Source of the DNA: Heptranchias perlo
Lineage: Eukaryota
Reading direction: 5' to 3'
DNA length: 64,000 nt
Assembly: GCF_035084215.1 (NCBI RefSeq)
Contig: NC_090356.1
Location: forward strand, 23,064,001 to 23,128,000
Shown here: positions 10,294 to 23,313 of the stretch, one piece after another
How positions within the stretch are numbered: position 1 is the stretch's first letter
Layout: every line of letters starts with the position of its first letter
Notes under the pieces: generated by a model
What the model saw: the letters and a program-made list of their open reading frames with translations, nothing else
What the model was told of the DNA's origin: nothing
The model's database searches: none
Made by a program: the position numbers and the translations under genes

Positions 10294-13200
10294 CTAAAAA
10301 TAAAAGGCATAATAGGAGATATTAGTAACAATGGTAAAAGGAAGAGACGTGCTCAGAACAGCAGGGTGGAGGGCTAATGCTCTCCGTTTTTACCTCTACT
10401 AAGCTTGGGTCACAAAGCAGCTGAGTCCGAGAGAATTGGCATGTGACCTGTGCTTGGGTCCCACTAATGGTGCTCAGGACCGAATGCCAGGCATCCATGG
10501 GGACAGCACTTGGCCTCTGCTCGGCAGCTCTCCACAGCGGCGATGCTGAGATTGGGAATTCAACAGAACGGATGATGCAACCTGTGTTCCGCCATGCCAT
10601 AACGCTGTGCGTTGTGATGCTCTACATGATCAAATAGCCTGCTGACGCTCACTGGCTAGGCTCATACATCAGGATGATTACATGGAATGAAGCCGCCATT
10701 ACCAATGGAATGTCCAGCACGACTCTGTGCCTTCAGGAGAAAATGAGAGAAAAGTGGAGAAAACTGGGGGCATGGCGGGGGGGAGCCCCAAACTAAACTG
10801 AAGTCACCCCACATTAGTGACTACTTCCCAACATTGTTATTGTATTGAAAGCATAACAAACTGGAAGTGTCGATACCTCTGTTATCTTTTTGGATCTTTT
10901 CTACCTTTCTTACTCTGAATTTTTCATCTCTTGTACCTTGGATCAATCTCATAGGTGAGTTCCAACTCCCTGTGCCTTCGAGAGTTTCTGCACTGGACTT
11001 GATATCTAGATAAGCTTTTGATATGGTGCCCAAGATAATAACCAGAGCAACCATTCTGTTGATTATTCGAGCAACTGGAATTATCTTAGGCCACCACAGA
11101 TTTTCTCTCCCATCCTTTGACAAGCAGTAGAGCAGCACAACATCAGACCTCATTTTAGGTTTAAACTATTTGATGAATTTGTTTAACAAAAGTTGAACAA
11201 CGGAATAATAATGGTGATATATATAATAAATATATATGTTTAAAGTCCATCTGCCTCCTTAAAAGGAAAACAATAAAAGATCACCATCTAAATGCTAAGC
11301 AATTCTTTTTTAATAATTTTTCTTGTTCATCATTTCTTTTCTTCTTGTATTTCTTACCACTATGGGAGCTATGCCAGTCTGAACTATAACTCTTGGATGT
11401 TTCAAACTTCAAGTTTTAATAGCCCCAGTTCCTTAAATATCCCTAAACACAGTTATCTGGACTCTAGATTAACTGCTGACCACACTTAGGAACATAAGAA
11501 CATTAGGAACAGGGTTAAGCCATTCAGCCCCTCGAGCCTGCTCTGTCATTCAATTAGATCTGTGCCTTAACTCCATTTTCCTGCCTTTGCTCCATATCCT
11601 TTGATACCCTTACCTAACAAAAATCTATTGATCTCAGTATTGAAAGCTCCAATTGTCCCCCAGCATCCACAACCTTTTGAGGAGAGAGTTCCAGATTTCA
11701 ACTACCCTTTGTGTGAAAAAGTGCTTTCTGATTTCGCTCCTGAATGGCCTGACTTTAATTTTAAGATCATGTCCCTTTGTTCTTGATTCCCCCACCAGAG
11801 AAAATAGTTTCTCCGTATCCACCCTATCAAATCTTTTTAATATTTTAAACACCTTGATCAGATCGCCCCTCGATCTTCTATACTCTAGGGAATACAAGCC
11901 AAGATTATGCAACCTGTCCTCATAAATTAACCCTCTAAGCCCAAAATAATTGTCCATCCCAACACATAATCTGAAAAAAAGGCACACAAGCCGTGTTTGT
12001 CCTTCCTCAAGCTTTGTAGACAACCAATCCAACCCACAACTTTTGTATTGAGTTAAGGTTGGGACAAGATTCTGACTGTAGCTAGTTTTTGTTTAAACTC
12101 TTTATGATTAGTGACTGAATTAAAGGAACCTCCACAACACTAAAACAAGCCAGAATGGCCTCATTTTTGTCACAATCTGCTCATGTTCAATATTTTACTC
12201 ACAGAATCTATCCAGGAGTTGAAGGCAGATACTCGAGTGAAGACAGTGGGCTTATGTAGAGTATTGCAGCCCCTACTTGACCCAAAGCTGACTACACCAT
12301 AAACATACCACAATCCATTAGCACCTTGGCAGTTCAAAGGACCACCGGAGTCTCCCTGAATTAAAAGAAGGATATAACAGGTTAACCAGTAGCAATATTA
12401 GGGATAATGAATATCATTTCTACACTCTTCCTAAACTGTAGCCTGAACCAAAATATAATAAGACCATAAATGTCCAGTACAGGCCTATCGTTTCACCTCT
12501 TGGCTCATATTTGAAATTTCAAAGATGGGGAATATACCTCATGTCACTAACTCGGACCCCATGTCCTTTCACAGGTATATATATATATATATTTGGTAGA
12601 ATCTGGAGGTACAGTTGACCTTTCAGCTCTTGGACCTGGGTTCGGATCCAGCCCAAAGTCAGACTGTGAGATGAGTCCTGGTTTTTAAACAGTAAAGAAG
12701 CAGGCAGGAGGGAAAATATTTCGGACGGGGTGTTTGGAGCTTAGAGACAGCAAGAGAAAAGAGTTCAGAGGAGCAATGGCCATAGTAGTAATGATAAAAT
12801 AGAGAAAAGCAGCAAAGGTTGCAAAAGAAAGAGAGAGGTTTGAAGCTAGCAGTGAGAGAAGGATTACCTATCAAAGAACAAAATGTTTCTTTTATCCGAT
12901 CCAAGACTGTTTAGGGGGGAGTCTCCCCGGATGTGGGAAACTTGACATCACCTCTACCATTACTGGGTGACGAACAAAGTACCACCAGCAGGGTTCGTAT
13001 AACTCTTCACTGCCACTGGCTCGTGTTTCAGGAGAACATAATTGTCTCATCATAGTTACATTAAAGAAGGAAAAAAGAAAGACTTGCATTTATATCACAC
13101 TTTTCATGACCTCAGGACGTCCCAAAGCTTTTTACAGCCAATGGAAACACAATTTGTGCACAGCAAGGTCCCACAAACTGCAATGTGATAATTACAAGAT

Positions 13201-16200
13201 AATCTGTTTCAGCTAATATTGGTTGAGGGGCAAATATTGGCCAGGACACCCGGGAGAACTCCCCAGCTCTTCTTTGAAATATTTGTTGCTGACAGCTTAA
13301 TTATTGGGATGACTACTTCTAAAAATCACAGGACAGCAGCAGTCAATAATCCAAGATTTAAGTCAGAGATATTTCAAAGCCTGTAACTGCCTGGAAAGAG
13401 GCTTGTCTCATAGTTTAATGGGCAATACTGAGCCATACAGACCAGGAAGATCCTCGGATTGATCCTCAGCCTGTGCTGATGTCTGTATCATGTCAGTATA
13501 GGCCAGGACACCAGGGAGAACTCCCCTGTTCTTCTTCGAAATAGCGCAATGGGATCTTTTACGTTCACCTAAGTTTAACACCTCATCTGAAAGACTGCAC
13601 CTCCACCATTGCAGCACTCCCTCAGTACTGCACTGAAGTGTCAGCCTAGATTTAGTGCTCAAGTCTTTGACTTGAGCCCACAATCTTCTGACTCAGAGTT
13701 GTAAGTGCTACCAACTGAATCACGGCTTAAAAAGTGATCAGTTTCCCAGAACTGTTATCCCATCTCTCGAACCACAAGTCCACACATAGAATTTTAAAAT
13801 GAATTATGTAGAAATTACTTACATTACATCCAGACATCTCATACCCTCCAGCGCAAACCATGGTGGTCCTCACACTGTTACCCCACCAGTCACTTTGACT
13901 GCAGGTTTGATGGTCAACGACTGGCAGAAGAGCCTGTTGCAGCTTCATTGCGAGTGGCCCGCCAGCTGTGGAATTCCAGATAAAAATATTAATTAAGAAA
14001 AATAGAATCTGTAACAAGTAATAGTTTTCACAACACAGTGGTCAGAGAAACATTTAAAGCTTGGATGAGGGGAAAGGGATGAGATACATACACTGCACAC
14101 ACAATCCTGATAGCTCTGCACATCTGCATTATGTGTGTACCAGCCACAGGATGCACTGCAGCAACTTGCCAAGGCTTCTTCGACAGCACCTCCCAAACCT
14201 GCGACCTCTACCACCTAGAATGATAAGGGCAGCAGGCACATGGGAACAACACCACCTGCACGTTCCCCTTCAAGTAACACACCATCCCAACTTGGAAATA
14301 AAACGCCGTTCCTTCATCGTCGCTGGGTCAAAATCCTGGAACTCCCATCCTAACAGCACTGTGGGAGAACCTTCACCACAAGGACTGCAGCGGTTCAAGA
14401 AGGTGGCTCACCACCACCTTCTCAAGGGCAATTAGGGATGGGCAATAAATGCTGGCCTTGCCAGTGATGCCCACATCCCATGAACGAAGAAAAATAAAAT
14501 TATGCACATTCCAGTATATTGCAACGAGACTGTGTTTGCTGTCTAGTGCAATAATACCATATCAGAGAATACATTAAAGGGCTTTAGAAGGATCCAGTTG
14601 GACTTAGGTAATAGCATGAAGGTTCCAAGAAAAAGTAATAATATTCTATTATTCTGATTTGATCAAGGTGCACATGTGAATAATGGCCATTATATTGAGT
14701 TACATCGAGTCTACAGCAGAGAAACAGGCCATTCAGCCCAACTGGTCTATGCTGACATTTATGCTCCACACGAGCCTTCCCTCTCCCTACTTCATCTAAC
14801 CCTATCAGCAAACCCTTCTATTCCTTTCTCCCTCATGTGCTTATCTAACTTCCCCTTAAATGCATCAATGCTATTTGCTTCAACTACTCCTTGGGGTAGT
14901 GCGTTCCACATTCTTACCACTCTTTGGGTAAAGAAGTTTCTCCTCAATTCCCTATTGGATTTATTGGTGACTATCTTATATTTATAATTATACAGATCAT
15001 TTATGTGACAATCTTATATTTATTATTATACAGATCAGCAATGATCTCTTTGAATGGCGGAACAGGCTCAAGGGGCTGAATGGCCTATTCCTGTTACTAT
15101 GTTCTGAATATGTAATTGACATAAGGCCATCCATGGAAATTAAATTTCTTACTTTGGGGCATATTCCCTTTGACTAGCAATATTGGATACCTGTCGTTCA
15201 TAAACAGATTTATGATCTTGCCACATATAAGGGTAGATTTTACAAACTTGCATTCCCAGCACAGAGCTTTGCACGCTGGGAGTTCACGCAAGGAATTCCG
15301 TCATGGAAGTCAGGATGTTGCCTCACTGGCTGAGCTTTTCCAGCACTTTCTATTTTTATTCCCTTCTTGATCTATATGGCTCAGTATTACAATGGGAAGT
15401 GGTTTACTCACTAAACCATTGTGTCGCTCATTAATATTACAGTTTGTTAAGATTCTCATTATTTGACGGTAAAGGAATTTCACAAGGTAGGTGGAACATT
15501 CTTTCCATAAAACACAGGCTCCTTCAACTTCAAAATATCACCCTGTGTACATAGTAAGACCCCTCTGTCATCAATAACATCTGACAATAATTATGTATCA
15601 GACATAAGTGTCAGCTGTGGCTCAGTTGGTAGTGCTCTTGCCTCTGAAGCAGAAGGTTGTAGGTTTGAATCCCACTCTGGAGACTTCAGCACAAAATCTA
15701 AGTTGATATTCCAGTGTAGTATTGAGGGAATGTTGCACAGTCAGAGATGCTGACTTTCATATTGAAACCAAGGTCCTATCCACCTCTCAGGAGGATATAA
15801 AAGATCCTATGGCACTATTTCAAAGAAGAGTAGGCTGGTGTCCTGGTCAATATTTATCCCTCAACCAACATCACTAAAATAGATTATCTGGTTATTTATC
15901 TCATTGCTGTTTGTGGGACCTTGCTGGCTGCAGATTGTGCATTTTCCTACATTACAACAGTGACTACACGTCAAAAGTACTTAATTGGCTGTAAAGTGCT
16001 TTGGGATGTCCTGAGGTTGTGAAAGATGCTATATAAATGCAAATTCATTCATAAACTTTACATACTTTTTTTAAAAAACAAAACTTCTAGAATATCAAAT
16101 GGTGTCTCTTTGATGGAGGTCAGCCTAACTTTAGTACTGGATTCACAATTAATGGAGTCAAAGCAATCTCAACCTTGACTGCCATTCACATTTTCCCTTC

Positions 16201-19200
16201 ACTGGTTGCATTTCGTGAGATTTTAGCTGAGCCTGTAAAGGGAGAACTGGCTGAGGAGTGGGTCAAAGCCTACTGGGAACAGACCTACACTGCAGGAGGC
16301 TTCTTCCTGATGACTAAGTACCATGGATGATCCCTGCCCATAACCCAGACAATTTCAGGGCTTTGGGTGAATCAGCGAGCATGATAGCAGAAGATATTAA
16401 TGGGAACTCAAAAATGAAACAAAGGAGAAAAAATGCACAAAAGAAGCTCAATGGAACTAAGTAATTCTCAGATAAAGGCGGCAACATCATCGATTTGATT
16501 TTATGTTTAGTTTCTTTCTTCCTGCCAGAAAAGCACCACAAAGATTTGAATAGATATGCAGGCTACTTACTGTACAGCCTGCCCCATCCAGTCACATAGC
16601 AGGGATAATCATTTTCAAAGATGTCGCCAGCTGGAGGAATACAGGCAGGCTTGACCTTGTCATTCAAGATTGCAGGTTTGGAGAGCTTGATCAAAGCAAT
16701 GTCATTCCTAAAATGAGAATGTTTCAGGGAGTTGTTAGGCAATCAGACTTGTTTTGTGAAGGCATTTGCTGGATTTAAAGAAAGAAAGACTTGCATAGCA
16801 TCTTTCAAAACCCAGGATGTCCCAAAGCACTCCACAGCCAATTAAGTATTGATAGTGCAGCACTCCCTCAGTACTGCACTGGAGTGTTGCCTAGATTTTG
16901 TGTTCATAGACTCTAGATGTGGGACTTGAACCTACAACCTTCAAGAACTTCATAAACAAAGAGGGCTACCAACTGAGCCACAGATGACACCATCTAAATA
17001 ATGGTTAAATACAGCTAGTACATATTTTGCTACTCTGCTTGTATGCTATAGAGCAGAGGTCTGTGAGTCTGCAGGGTGGTGGGTTGAAGGTGTGGAGGAG
17101 GGTCCAAGTGACTGGCAAGGGCTGAGGTCCCTCAGAGAACAGGAGTCTCAGGGAGCGATCGATTGTAGTCAGGAAGGGCAGGCTACAGCTGAGGCAGCTG
17201 TGGGGTCAATGGGGTCAGGCAGCTTGGAAGTCTATGAAGGAAAGAGGCTTATAGTCAACTGTTGAAATTATTCAGGACTCGTTATCTATTCTTCTGTGTT
17301 TCCTGGGCTTGCTGTGCATATTGAAGCAGAGAACAGTAATGGGGCTTTTTTCCTATTATCTGATTAGGAAAGGGGACTGATCTTTTCCCCCCTAATATAT
17401 GATTGGTTCAACGTTTCTACTATGAAACGTAATCAATCAGAAATCAGTCTACAGTCAAACAGACATTATAAACACAAAAAAAATAGATAGATATGCAGAA
17501 AAACTGGATCACAGCCACACTATCTTCCACAGAATATTTAACCATCACTTTCCATACCCATCTCTGTAATCTTCAATCCAATCCTAGTCAAATATTTTTC
17601 TGAAAGTTTTTTTTTGAAAGAATTAATCAAAACTGCCCAGTCTGTGGCACATATGAAAAGTATCTCTAGTTTAATGTCAAAAATAAAGTATCAGAGAATT
17701 TAACTTATTCTGACTTTGTATAACTGGGGAAACCATATTTGGAATATTAGGGCAGATTTCCCACATATTGGGAAATTGACAACCTTAGCCTGCAATTTTC
17801 TATCCAAATCTCTGCTATTGGGGGAAATTTTGGCCATCCTATTTTCAAAAAGGGGAAAGAGTTCAGAGACATGCAGCAAGGATGATTCCTGCACTCAAGT
17901 GGGGCTCTACATTATAAAAGAAAGACTGAACTGAACTTACTTTCATTGGAACAGAGAAAGGGACAACATGGTCTAGGAGACGTGGGTGATGCAGCTGCAA
18001 AAGGGCTGCTTAACTTAAACTGTAAGTGTGGAACTAAATGGAGTGAGTATAAAATTAACAAGTTTCAAGTGAAACAAGGGAGGAGAAAAAACTATTTTTC
18101 CCTCATGGTGTAGTGAATGTGTGGAACTAACTCCCAGTAACAGTGGTTAATGCTGTCAATTATGTGGACAGATATCTGGTTAGGATATGACTAACATTTA
18201 CAGTAATGAGTATGGACAGAGTTATTTAAACACCCCATGGAATGGAATGCCCCCATTGTTGCTGTGACTCAATGACTTTCAGATATAAGGGGTGATTCCA
18301 CGATCTGATGCCTGCTGGGGGAATGCATCTCAGGAAGTTGCCGTACCCAATGGGCAGATGGAAAGCATAAGTTGGGTGCACTCCCTCTGAGTGAGTCATG
18401 GAATCACCCCTACAACTGCAAGTCGGTTAGACAGTTCTATGCAGACAGACTGAAAGAACAAGTTCAGCACCTTACCCACAGGACAAGCAGCTAGGGTTCC
18501 ACTGAGGGTGAACGAAGATCTTGGCAGCGGCTATAGTCTCTTCCGAACCATCAACCACATCCCTGTCATACTCCCCGAGCACCACACGGTAGGACCGACC
18601 CGAGCTTTGAAGATGAGATGTAATATTAACGTAATGTAGAGCAGCTCGGTGATAAAGATATAGAGGTACATTTTCATCTGTAGATCTCTTGGTTTCGAGC
18701 ATCAGGAATCGGGGGGGTTGGGAGGGAATTTCATGGCTGAGTTACCAATATGTACTTCCTAGCATGAAAAGCTCTGCACTAGGACTGTGAAAGACAAAAA
18801 TACCCACTTAAGATTAGGAACTGATGTTGCTGAAAATGGTTGCCAAACACTTTGTATGATATTTTTCTGTCTGCAGTTTTAACAGAAACATTAACCTGGG
18901 TGAAGGTCTCTGGTAAAATAGTGGACAGAAGAATGTCACACAAACGTCTTCAGCGGCCTAAGTTGGGAACAGTAATTTGCAAAAGTTTTTTCCTCTCAGA
19001 ATAGACACTCACTGGATGCAGTGCCCCGCCGTCACTACCCACTCACTGTCGATGAGGCTTCCTCCACAGGTGTGGGAATAATATGTTCCTCGACTCACTT
19101 CCAAGGAAATCTACCAACAAGGACAGAGAAGATTAATCTTGAGAGAGAGAGACAGCATACCCACAGAAGTCAGTCTCCATTATACACAGTCATCTATTGG

Positions 19201-22200
19201 ATGCCCAATTCCATTGTCAGCAGCCAGATCTGTCCAAGGACAGATGCTCAAACAGTGTGGCAAGCTCTGTTCGGTCCCTGCCATCTCCTGTTTCCTCCCC
19301 ACATCCTAATGCGGTGCTTGGAAGGATTAAAGGTTGAGTGAACTATATCAGGATTCAAACCCAAGGCCTCCTGGAACTGAGCCTGGTGCTTAACCGACTG
19401 AGTTTCCCACAAGTGAGCTTCAATCTCACTAAAAATAAACAGATTATCTGGTCATTATCTCATTGCTGTTTGTGGGACCTTGCTGTATGCAAATTAGCTA
19501 CAATAGAACAGTAACTATACTTCAAAAGTAGTTCTTCGGCTATAAAGCGCTTTGGGACATCCTGAGGCCGGAAAAGGCCCTCTTTAAATGCAAGTCTTTC
19601 TTTCTTTAACCTGAAGAGTACTTTTCTTAGATTTCCCCCCAATTTTTTCTCCTTTTCTCTGCTTCTCCTTTCCTGAAGATGCTGCTCCATGCTGAGGCCC
19701 ATGGGCTTCGGCAACACTTTGGTACTTTGTCCAAGGGGTCATTCTTCATGGGGAGCTTAGATAGTGAGCGTGGCAGCCTTATTAATTGTGGAGGGCATCA
19801 AGGCTGAGCCTAAACATTGGTTGCAAAGTGCTTTGGGACATCCTGAGGTTGTGAAAGGAGCTATCTAAATGCAATTCTTTTTTTCTTTCTTTTAAACCTT
19901 TGCTCATCCTAAAAAAGCACACACACACTTTCCAGGAGTGGTCGCTGGATAGTGACCAACAGTCGGAGCCCCAGATGATTTTTTATTCCCTCCCTGACTC
20001 AGGGGCAATAAGATTAATTGTAGCACTTCTAGTGGTGCCCCAGCTTAGATCTGCTAACCCATCAGAGATTGAAGCTGAGACCTTGTGGTCTGCGTGCCTC
20101 AATACCTTACCAAGCAATACATTTACCAGTAGCGCAAGGGGAAAGCTAAGAGTATTCTTTTCCATCAGTAACTCACCTGCCAGGGCCAGCTGAATGGTCT
20201 TGCATTGACTCCATTGACTACACGTGAATATACTGGGGGGAAGCTGGGATTTCCACAGGCATTGACTGAAAAGAAAAATATTGCATATTGGTCCCTTTAA
20301 CAACTGTATCTGTAAAATGGGGCATTTTGATCCTGAAATATATTTTATCTATTTTTTATTTGTTCATGGGATATGGGCATCGCTGGCAAGGCCAGCATTT
20401 ATTGCCCATCCCTAATTGCCCTTGAGAAGGTGGTGGTGAGCCGCCTTCTTGAACCGCTGCAGTCCGTGTGGTGAAGGTTCTCCCACAGTGCTGTTAGGTA
20501 GGGAGTTCCAGGATTTTGACCCAGCGACGATGAAGGAACGGCGATATATTTCCAAGTCGGGATGGTGTGTGGCTTGGAGGGGAACGTGCAGGTGGTGTTG
20601 TTCCCATGTGCCTGTTGCCCTTGTCCTTCTAGGTGGTAGAGGTCGCGGGTTTGGGAGGTGCTGTTGAAGAAGCCTTGGCGAGTGCTGCAGTGCATCCTGC
20701 AGATGGCACACACTGCAGCCATGGTGGGCCGGTGGTGAAGGGAGTGAATGTTTAGGGTGGTGGATGGGGTGTCAATCAAGCGGGCTGCTTTGTCCTGGAT
20801 GGTGTCGAGCCTCTTGAGTGTTGTTGGAGCTGCTGTCATCCAGGCAAGTGGAGAGTATTCCATCACACTCCTGACTTGTGCCTTGTAGATGGTGGAAAGG
20901 CTTTGGGAAGTCAGGAGGTGAGTCACTCGCCGCACTATACCCAGCCTCTGACCTGCTCTTGTAGCCACAGTATTTATGTGGCTGGTCCAGTTAAGTTTCT
21001 GGTCAATGGTGACTCCCACGATGTTGATGGTGGGGGATTTGGCGATGGTAATGCTGTTGAATGTCAAGGGGAGGTGGTTAGACTCTCTCTTGTTGGAGAT
21101 GGTCATTGCCTGGCACTTGTCTGGTCCGAATATTACTTGCCATTATTAGCCCAAGCCTGGATGTTGTCCAGGTCTTTGCTGCATGCGGACACGGACTGCT
21201 TCATTATCTGATGAGTTGTGAATGGGACTGAACACTGTGTAATCATCAGCGAACATCCCTATTTGATGGAGGGAAGGTCATTGATGAAGCAGCTGAACAT
21301 GGACAGTGCCCTGAAGAACTCCTGCAGCAATGTCCTGGGGCTGAGATGATTGCCTCCAACAACCACTACCATCCTCCTTTGTGCTAGGTATGACTCCAGC
21401 CACTGGAGAGTTTTCCCCCTGATTCCCATTGACTTCAATTTTAAATTGAAATGCTGCCTTGATGTCAAGGGCAGTCACTCTCACCTCACCTTTGGAATTC
21501 AGCTCTTTTGTCCATATTACGACATATTAAACAATTTATGACATATTAAACAGTTTAGAGATGGTAAAATTGAAGCACTACTTGAAGGTAGAGCATGACA
21601 GTAGGATAAGTAAGTGGGCATTGGTTCAATCTGGTTAAAAGGAAAATTTAGGAGTGATGTCAGGAAGAATTTTTTCACACAAAGATCGTGAAACACTTTG
21701 AACAGACCTTTGAGTAGAGTAGTGGAGGTGAAAACCTTTGTCTCGTTCCAAGAGCCAGTTTGGTACTGTGATGGGCGGGTGGGGAAGCTGTAGATTTTTC
21801 TTTCTGAACAAATGAGCTATGATGAGGCAAATGGCCTTTCTTGTCAGTATTTACCTCGTGATCTCTTTAGCATTTGGTAAAGTGCCGAGAACACGCATTC
21901 CATGTACACTGTAATTCAAGTATGAAATCATGTGACGTTGCCCCTCGTACCACACTGAACCCTTCTATTTGTCCTTCTGACTTCACTTTCCACCCTCTTT
22001 TTGCAGTAATTTATGCTGAGGGTGGGCAATCCGCAGCTGGCGGGTGGAAGCACACCAGCCTCATAGTCTGTCGGCAGCCATGTATTTTGGATGCCTCTGT
22101 CTCTGAAAGGGGTATTTAAACTGTTGCTGTTTTGCATCTTTGCCGCCAACTGTGGATCTACTATTTACAGGAGATGGCAAATATAAACATCAGGCACCTG

Positions 22201-23123
22201 TTGGCATCTGTGCCATGATCAGCATTGGCATTGGATTGGCAACAGGCTGGCTGTCTACCTTCTCAGCTGATTTATAGCATAGGTTGATATACAGGAGGGC
22301 ATTAAGAATGCATTAAAAAGAATGAAGGCAAAAGAAAACCCTACGTTTTACGATTTCTGCATTTCTGAAACTTTTGGAACATAGGAAGATAGGAATACGA
22401 GTAGGTCATTTAACCCCTCGAGCCTGATCCACCATTCAGTGAGATCATGGCTGACCTGTGACTTAACTCCATATACCCGCCTTAGCCCCGTATCCCTTAA
22501 TACCTTTGGTTAACAAAAATCTATCAATCTCAGATTTAAAATTAACAATTGAGATAGCATCAACTGCCGTTTGCGGAAGAGAGTTCCAGACTTCTACAAA
22601 CCTTTGTGTGTAGAAGTGTTTTCTAACTTCACTCTTGAAAGTCCTGGCTCTAATCTTTAGGCTAGTCCTAGACTCCCCAACTTTTTGTATTCATCAACGT
22701 GAGTGATATTTCATACTTTCCCATTTTGGGCACCCGGTGCCAGCATTAAATACTCCCAGGTCACGTACACAACAATTTGATGCAGAACAAAGCTTCCTCT
22801 GTTCCGCTTCAATTATGTGCCTTAACCTGATGTAGCAAAGAAACAGCATTTGAAAAGAGCACCTATAACCAGTGTGACATTTCCCAATCTCACCCTAGTT
22901 ACTCTATGGCCTCTCTGAGTGTGAATGCCAATTAGAGCCAGATTTTGGTCAGTTTTGTGCTGTGGGCCCAGTCCAGGATTGGGACTGAGGAGGATTTCTG
23001 CATTTCTTTTTTAACAGATAAATTAAAATATCAGAATATTTATGCTCAATTGGGCGCAACAATGCCTTAAACATTAGGTGACTTACCACTGGCCACCAGC
23101 AGAAGGATGAGCAAGGCTTCCAT
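10276..23123 (-). CDS. CELA3B: Gene A: chymotrypsin-like elastase 3 / proproteinase E-like preproenzyme, 8 exons, 267 aa, intact
   Basis: Exons 23087-23123, 20177-20265, 19013-19110, 18476-18604, 16571-16707, 13823-13965, 12203-12355 and 10276-10293 are all GT-AG and join in frame (804 nt). Signal peptide, CG propeptide, R/VVNG activation site, TAGHC, NDIAL, GDSGG, and a CELA3-type CxxC loop. The symbol means closest family member, not proven ortholog. Confidence 0.93.
11488..11935 (-). mobile_element. CR1 LINE 3' fragment
   Basis: ORF ...[28 protein letters not shown]...[13 protein letters not shown], a typical CR1 ORF2 C-terminus. Confidence 0.9.
12203..12355 (-). CDS. Elastase A exon 7 (GDSGGPLNC...[31 protein letters not shown])
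   Basis: Catalytic Ser motif; AG/GT ends; 153 nt. Confidence 0.96.
13075..13720 (-). mobile_element. Fragmented Deu-domain SINE (SacSINE1-like), interrupted by a block also present at 59532-59854
   Basis: Reverse complement of the SINE at 58863-59330. Confidence 0.7.
13823..13965 (-). CDS. Elastase A exon 6 ([17 protein letters not shown]...[13 protein letters not shown])
   Basis: AG/GT ends; 143 nt, same as gene B. Confidence 0.96.
14132..14499 (+). mobile_element. 3' end of the non-LTR retrotransposon family seen at 36650-39047
   Basis: ...[17 protein letters not shown] followed by an A-rich tail. Confidence 0.9.
14690..15105. mobile_element. CR1 3'-end fragments in opposite orientations
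   Basis: ACAGGCCATTCAGCCC and GGCTGAATGGCCTATTCCTG CR1 3' UTR motifs. Confidence 0.7.
15608..16045 (+). mobile_element. Deu-domain SINE (tRNA-like head, SacSINE1-like)
   Basis: A/B-box-like head, central AGATTATCTGG...ATTGCTGTTTGTGGGACCTTGCTG, L2-like tail. Confidence 0.8.
16571..16707 (-). CDS. Elastase A exon 5 ([11 protein letters not shown]...[10 protein letters not shown])
   Basis: Catalytic Asp motif; 137 nt; AG/GT ends. Confidence 0.96.
18289..18410. mobile_element. Short MITE (Harbinger-like TIR GGGGTGATTCCA)
   Basis: 12-bp perfect inverted ends; flanks TAA/TAC. Confidence 0.7.
18476..18604 (-). CDS. Elastase A exon 4 ([13 protein letters not shown]...[12 protein letters not shown])
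   Basis: 129 nt; AG/GT ends; CxxC motif. Confidence 0.95.
19013..19110 (-). CDS. Elastase A exon 3 (ISLEV...HTCGGSLI...VTAGHCI)
   Basis: Catalytic His motif; 98 nt. Confidence 0.96.
20177..20265 (-). CDS. Elastase A exon 2 ([29 protein letters not shown])
   Basis: Propeptide and activation site; 89 nt. Confidence 0.95.
20353..21516 (-). mobile_element. 5'-truncated, deleted copy of the LINE family at 36650-39047
   Basis: RT C-terminal ORF fragments nearly identical to 38128-38910. Confidence 0.92.
22378..22680 (-). mobile_element. CR1 3' fragment
   Basis: Highly similar to the insert at 42637-42873. Confidence 0.8.
22736..22989 (-). mobile_element. LF-SINE-like ancient SINE remnant in intron 1 of elastase A
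   Basis: Minus-strand blocks CTCAGTCC...CACAAAAC...TGGCTCTAATTGGCA...CAGAGAGGCCA...CAGGTTAAGGCACAT...GGAAGCTT resemble the recalled LF-SINE consensus in the same order. Confidence 0.45.
23087..23123 (-). CDS. Elastase A exon 1 ([12 protein letters not shown], signal peptide)
   Basis: ATG downstream of a TATA box; phase-1 GTAAGT donor joins exon 2 in frame. Confidence 0.9.
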
Positions 23124-23164
23124 TATTCTCCTTAGGCACCGATGAAATAAATGAACAGCGGGTG

Positions 23165-23313
23165 TTTTATATCAACTAAAACAGTACAAGGTCAATCATT
23201 ACCCTTTCCAGAATATTAAAATATGTGTTAAAAATATTGATACACACATTATCATACTAAATGTTGATACCGTCCTTTCAGATGTGTGTCAAGGTTACAC
23301 TATTTTTGTTTAC
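23165..23313 (-). promoter_or_regulatory. Elastase A proximal promoter: TATA box, NR5A2-type CAAGGTCA/TCAAGGTT sites and a forkhead site
   Basis: TATAAAA at 23165-23171; CAAGGTCA at 23187-23194; TGTGTCAAGGTTACACT at 23285-23301; TGTTTAC at 23307-23313. Confidence 0.65.
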
